Positions 60,842-64,000 of a DNA stretch of 64,000 nucleotides are shown here, one piece after another. The position numbers and the translations under genes were made by a program. Within the stretch, counting starts at the first letter, position 1. Every line of letters starts with the position of its first letter. A model generated the notes under the pieces. It was not told the origin of the DNA. It ran no database searches and was given only the letters and a program-made list of their open reading frames with translations. Source of the stretch: Candidatus Falkowbacteria bacterium GW2011_GWF2_43_32 (GTDB lineage: Bacteria; Patescibacteriota; Patescibacteriia; Patescibacteriales; UBA12465); the NCBI GenBank assembly GCA_000999715.1, contig LCGL01000004.1, forward strand, positions 44,289 to 108,288, given 5' to 3'.

Positions 60842-61540
60842 ATGATCATAAAAATGTTTAAAACTATTTTTTCTGGCTTGGCCGTTTTGGCTATAGTTTT
60901 TTTGTTCGCGAAAGGTGTTGCCGCACAAGTAGCGACGGATACCGACGGCGACGGTTATAACGATGAAGTGGAATTAGCGCACGGATATTCGCCGTATAAT
61001 GCGGAGCCGGTAAAAATTGAAGAGAGTGATGCGGACGGCGACGGATTAAGCGATTATTGGGAATTGAAATTTAAGACCGACGCTTTAAATGCGGATTCCG
61101 ACGGCGATACTTATTTGGACGGACGGGAAGTGGATTATGCTTTCGATCCTTTATCGTCAACCGCGGAAAGATTGCCGCGGCGAATTGAACTTGATTTGAA
61201 AAATCAGCAATTGGTTTATTTGGTGGCCGAACAGCCTTGGAAAAGTTTTACGGTATCTACGGGCAAACCGAGCATGCCGACAGCCACGGGCACTTTCAAA
61301 ATCATCAATAAGATCGAGAAAGCCTGGTCCGGCACTTATAAGCTGTGGATGCCGTATTGGTTGGGTTTGGGAAACGGCAGTTTCGGCATTCATGAACTAC
61401 CGATTTGGCCGAGCGGTTATCGCGAAGGCGAAGATCATCTTGGTCAGCCGGTTTCGCACGGTTGCATCCGTTTGGGGATTGGCGCGGCGCAATATGTATA
61501 TGATCGGATGGATGTCGGCTCGGAAGTGATAATAAGATAA
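60842..61540 (+). CDS. L,D-transpeptidase (YkuD domain) with N-terminal Asp-rich calcium-binding-like repeats
   Basis: C-terminal YkuD catalytic motif SHGCIRL. N-terminal region has three DxDxDG-type repeats (DTDGDGYND, DADGDGLSD, DSDGDTYLD) resembling thrombospondin type-3 repeats. Confidence 0.8.
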   Translation: MIIKMFKTIFSGLAVLAIVFLFAKGVAAQVATDTDGDGYNDEVELAHGYSPYNAEPVKIEESDADGDGLSDYWELKFKTDALNADSDGDTYLDGREVDYAFDPLSSTAERLPRRIELDLKNQQLVYLVAEQPWKSFTVSTGKPSMPTATGTFKIINKIEKAWSGTYKLWMPYWLGLGNGSFGIHELPIWPSGYREGEDHLGQPVSHGCIRLGIGAAQYVYDRMDVGSEVIIR

Positions 61541-61561
61541 AAATATGATATAATTTAAAAA

Positions 61562-63955
61562 ATGGAAAACCAAGTAAGTTTTTATTTTATGTTACAAAAA
61601 TTTTTGAAATTATCCCTGATTTTATCGGTCACGGCGATTTTGGTCGGCGGCTGTTCTTTGCCTTCGTCAAAAAAGGCGGTCGCGCCGGCAGAAACTGCTC
61701 CGATCGTCGAAACGGCGCCGACAACGGAAGCGCCCAGCACCAATCGCTTGAAGAAATTTAACGATTATGACGAATTGGCCCAGTTCCTGATTGACAATAT
61801 TAATCCGGAAACGGTGTCCATTTCGAATACTCGCGAGTCGGCCGCTAGCGCCGGAGCGATTAAATCTTTAGCGTTGACGGCCGCGCCGCCGGCTGTTCCC
61901 GGTTCGACTGCCGCCGATATGCCGACGACCGACAGTTCCGTGCCGAACAATTCTTTGGATTATTCCGCCACCAATGTTCAAGTCGCCGGAGTGGACGAAG
62001 CCGATATCATCAAAACCGACGGTGTTTATATTTACGCCTTAGTCAAAAATGAATTGTCAATTATCAAGGCGACGCCGGCGAATGAAGCTCAAGTCGTCAG
62101 TAAAATCACTTTTCAGTCGCGGCCGCAGGATATTTTGATCAATGATAATTTTTTGGCGGTTTTCGGCAGTAACGATCAAATTCGTCGGGAGCCTTTTTAT
62201 CGGGATTTTCGTCGTCAAAATTCCTATACTTTTTTTAAAGTGTTCGATATTTCCAATCCGGTCAGTCCGCGGGCGGTACGCGATTTGAATTTTGAAGGTT
62301 CTTATTATGATGCCCGCTTGATCGGTGACTATGTTTATTTTCTGACCAATACTCCCGGCAATTATATCGCCGACGAACCGCTTTTGCCGCGCGTTTTGGA
62401 AAACGGACAAGTGCTGGCCACGAAATGCGACGCGACGCTTAAATGTTTCGCGCCGGATGTTTATTATTTTGATATTCCTTACGATTCTCAAAGTTTCTTG
62501 AACATTACCGCCATTAACATCGTCAATAACGCGGAAGCGATCGGCGGCCAAGCTTATTTAATCAGCCACAGTCAGAATCTTTATGTTTCGCAGAATAATA
62601 TTTACATCACTTACACGCAATATTTGAGCGAATATGAATTGGAGCAGGAAGTGAAGCAAGAATTGATTTTTTCCGAATTGTCCGACAGCGATCAGAATAA
62701 AATTACGGCTATTCAAGCGGCGCCCGGATTTGTGTTGAATAAAAACGAGAAAAAATATAAAGTGGCGCAAATCATCGATCGATATTGGAATTCTCTTGAC
62801 GCGGCGGCGCGTGCGGTTCTGGATAAACAGATTGATGCCGGTTTGGAAAAAAAATTGACCGAGAAAGCCAAAGACATGGAAAAAACCATTATTCATAAAA
62901 TTGCCGTCAGCGGTCGCAAAATTGAATATCGGGCGATGGGTGAAGTCCCCGGGCAACTTTTGAATCAGTTTTCCATGGATGAAAACGGCGCTTATTTCCG
63001 CGTAGCCACGACGCGTAATCCGCAAAACTCCCGTTTGTCGACCGCGACCGCGGACTCTTATAATAATATTTATGTTCTGGATGCCAATTTGAAAATTGTC
63101 GGCAGTTTGAGCAACCTGGCCACGGCGGAAAAAATTTATGCCGTGCGGTTTATCGGTAATCGCGCCTATTTGGTCACGTTTAAACAGATTGATCCTTTGT
63201 TCGTGATTGATTTGACCGATCCGAAGAAGCCGGCGGTTTTGGGCGCCGTTAAAGTGCCGGGATTTTCCAATTATCTTCATCCGGTCGATAAAGACGGCAA
63301 TCAGTTGATCGGTTTGGGACGGGAAGCGGAAGAAACGGACAGCGGCGGCGTTAAAATCAAAGGGCTCAAATTATCTTTATTCGATTTTACCGATTTGAAA
63401 AATCCCAAAGAACTGGACAGCTATTTGATCGGCGACGCCAGCAGCGATTCCATCGCTCTTTACGATCATAAAGCTTTCTTGTACGCTCCGGAGAAAAAAA
63501 TATTGTCTTTGCCGGCGACGCTTTATGAAAACGGTCGCTTGTCTTTCTCCGGCGCCTTGGTCTTCACTTTGGAAAATAACCAGCTCGCGTTGCAGGGGAG
63601 AATCGATCATTCGGTCGGCGGTTATTTTTCCCAGAACGATTATTGGAGCGGTTTCAGTTATCGCGACAATACCGTCAAGCGCAGTTTGTATATCGGCAAT
63701 CAGTTGTATACCTTGTCCAATAAATTTTTAAAGATTAACGATTTGACCGCTTTGACCGAAACGAAGAGTCTGGAGTTGACTGTCGGAGGCGATGATTATA
63801 TCATTACGTCGCCGGCCGCGGTTGAACCGATCGCCGAGATGCCGGTCGAGGCCGAAGGGACGGAAGTTCCGGAGGACCTGGTTGCTCCCGAGGAAGCCGC
63901 CGAGATTCCCGCGGAGACCCCGGAAGCTCCTGAAGAAACGGCCGCGCCCATTTAG
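61562..63955 (+). CDS. Secreted lipoprotein with beta-propeller-like domain and acidic Pro/Glu/Ala-rich C-terminal tail
   Basis: Lipobox-like LVGGC after a hydrophobic leader. Long beta-rich region with repeated hydrophobic/aromatic blades. C-terminus PEDLVAPEEAAEIPAETPEAPEETAAPI. Confidence 0.55.
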   Translation: MENQVSFYFMLQKFLKLSLILSVTAILVGGCSLPSSKKAVAPAETAPIVETAPTTEAPSTNRLKKFNDYDELAQFLIDNINPETVSISNTRESAASAGAIKSLALTAAPPAVPGSTAADMPTTDSSVPNNSLDYSATNVQVAGVDEADIIKTDGVYIYALVKNELSIIKATPANEAQVVSKITFQSRPQDILINDNFLAVFGSNDQIRREPFYRDFRRQNSYTFFKVFDISNPVSPRAVRDLNFEGSYYDARLIGDYVYFLTNTPGNYIADEPLLPRVLENGQVLATKCDATLKCFAPDVYYFDIPYDSQSFLNITAINIVNNAEAIGGQAYLISHSQNLYVSQNNIYITYTQYLSEYELEQEVKQELIFSELSDSDQNKITAIQAAPGFVLNKNEKKYKVAQIIDRYWNSLDAAARAVLDKQIDAGLEKKLTEKAKDMEKTIIHKIAVSGRKIEYRAMGEVPGQLLNQFSMDENGAYFRVATTRNPQNSRLSTATADSYNNIYVLDANLKIVGSLSNLATAEKIYAVRFIGNRAYLVTFKQIDPLFVIDLTDPKKPAVLGAVKVPGFSNYLHPVDKDGNQLIGLGREAEETDSGGVKIKGLKLSLFDFTDLKNPKELDSYLIGDASSDSIALYDHKAFLYAPEKKILSLPATLYENGRLSFSGALVFTLENNQLALQGRIDHSVGGYFSQNDYWSGFSYRDNTVKRSLYIGNQLYTLSNKFLKINDLTALTETKSLELTVGGDDYIITSPAAVEPIAEMPVEAEGTEVPEDLVAPEEAAEIPAETPEAPEETAAPI

Positions 63956-64000
63956 TTCGCCTATTTTATTTTATTATGAAATTTCAACGTTTGATTCCGT

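Noticed and set aside
63987-64000. Possible start of another gene (ATGAAATTTCAACGTTTGATTCCG) at the window edge
   Set aside because: Only 14 nt are visible, too little to support a call.

Overview
Annotation of a 64 kb bacterial chromosomal window, read by eye from the six-frame ORF track and the raw sequence; no database search was possible. The backbone is AT-leaning (about 40-45% GC by eye, not computed) with short intergenic gaps. The small dense genes, the atpZ-type ATP synthase operon and the runs of glycosyltransferases and large membrane proteins suggest a reduced-genome lineage such as Patescibacteria/CPR, but this is a hypothesis only. Core content, left to right: dnaK (3' part)-dnaJ, tatD, a complete F1Fo ATP synthase operon (atpZ-BEFHAGDC), uppP, a CIRCE-controlled groES-groEL operon, mltG, miaB-miaA, gatB, a minus-strand thymidylate/dNTP block (dCMP deaminase-thyA-DHFR-kinase-mazG-tmk), three GT2 glycosyltransferases with galU and murA, rplU, recR-ybaB-dnaB, tRNA-Thr/Lys/Glu, fmt/def, clpB and a second membrane-anchored Hsp100 paralogue, a WecA-like::QueH fusion, and an L,D-transpeptidase.

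The main accessory feature is a roughly 6 kb island (10.85-17.0 kb) wedged between atpC and a DsrE-like gene. It holds nine small same-strand genes: four separate Nudix hydrolases, an HNH nuclease, a possible PD-(D/E)xK protein, a Fic-HTH protein, a DUF202 protein and one unknown. Almost every gene boundary carries a member of a conserved intergenic repeat family, an imperfect palindrome with ATAAC...GTTAT-type arms. The layout resembles an integron-like cassette array with attC-like sites, but no integrase is present in the window. This island is the best candidate for an undescribed system in the window.

Other notable items: a 27-bp direct repeat of the tRNA-Glu 3' end bracketing a 185-bp GC-rich, strongly structured element between two terminators; and a second CIRCE-like operator at the clpB locus. 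No CRISPR array, rRNA or recognisable transposase was found.
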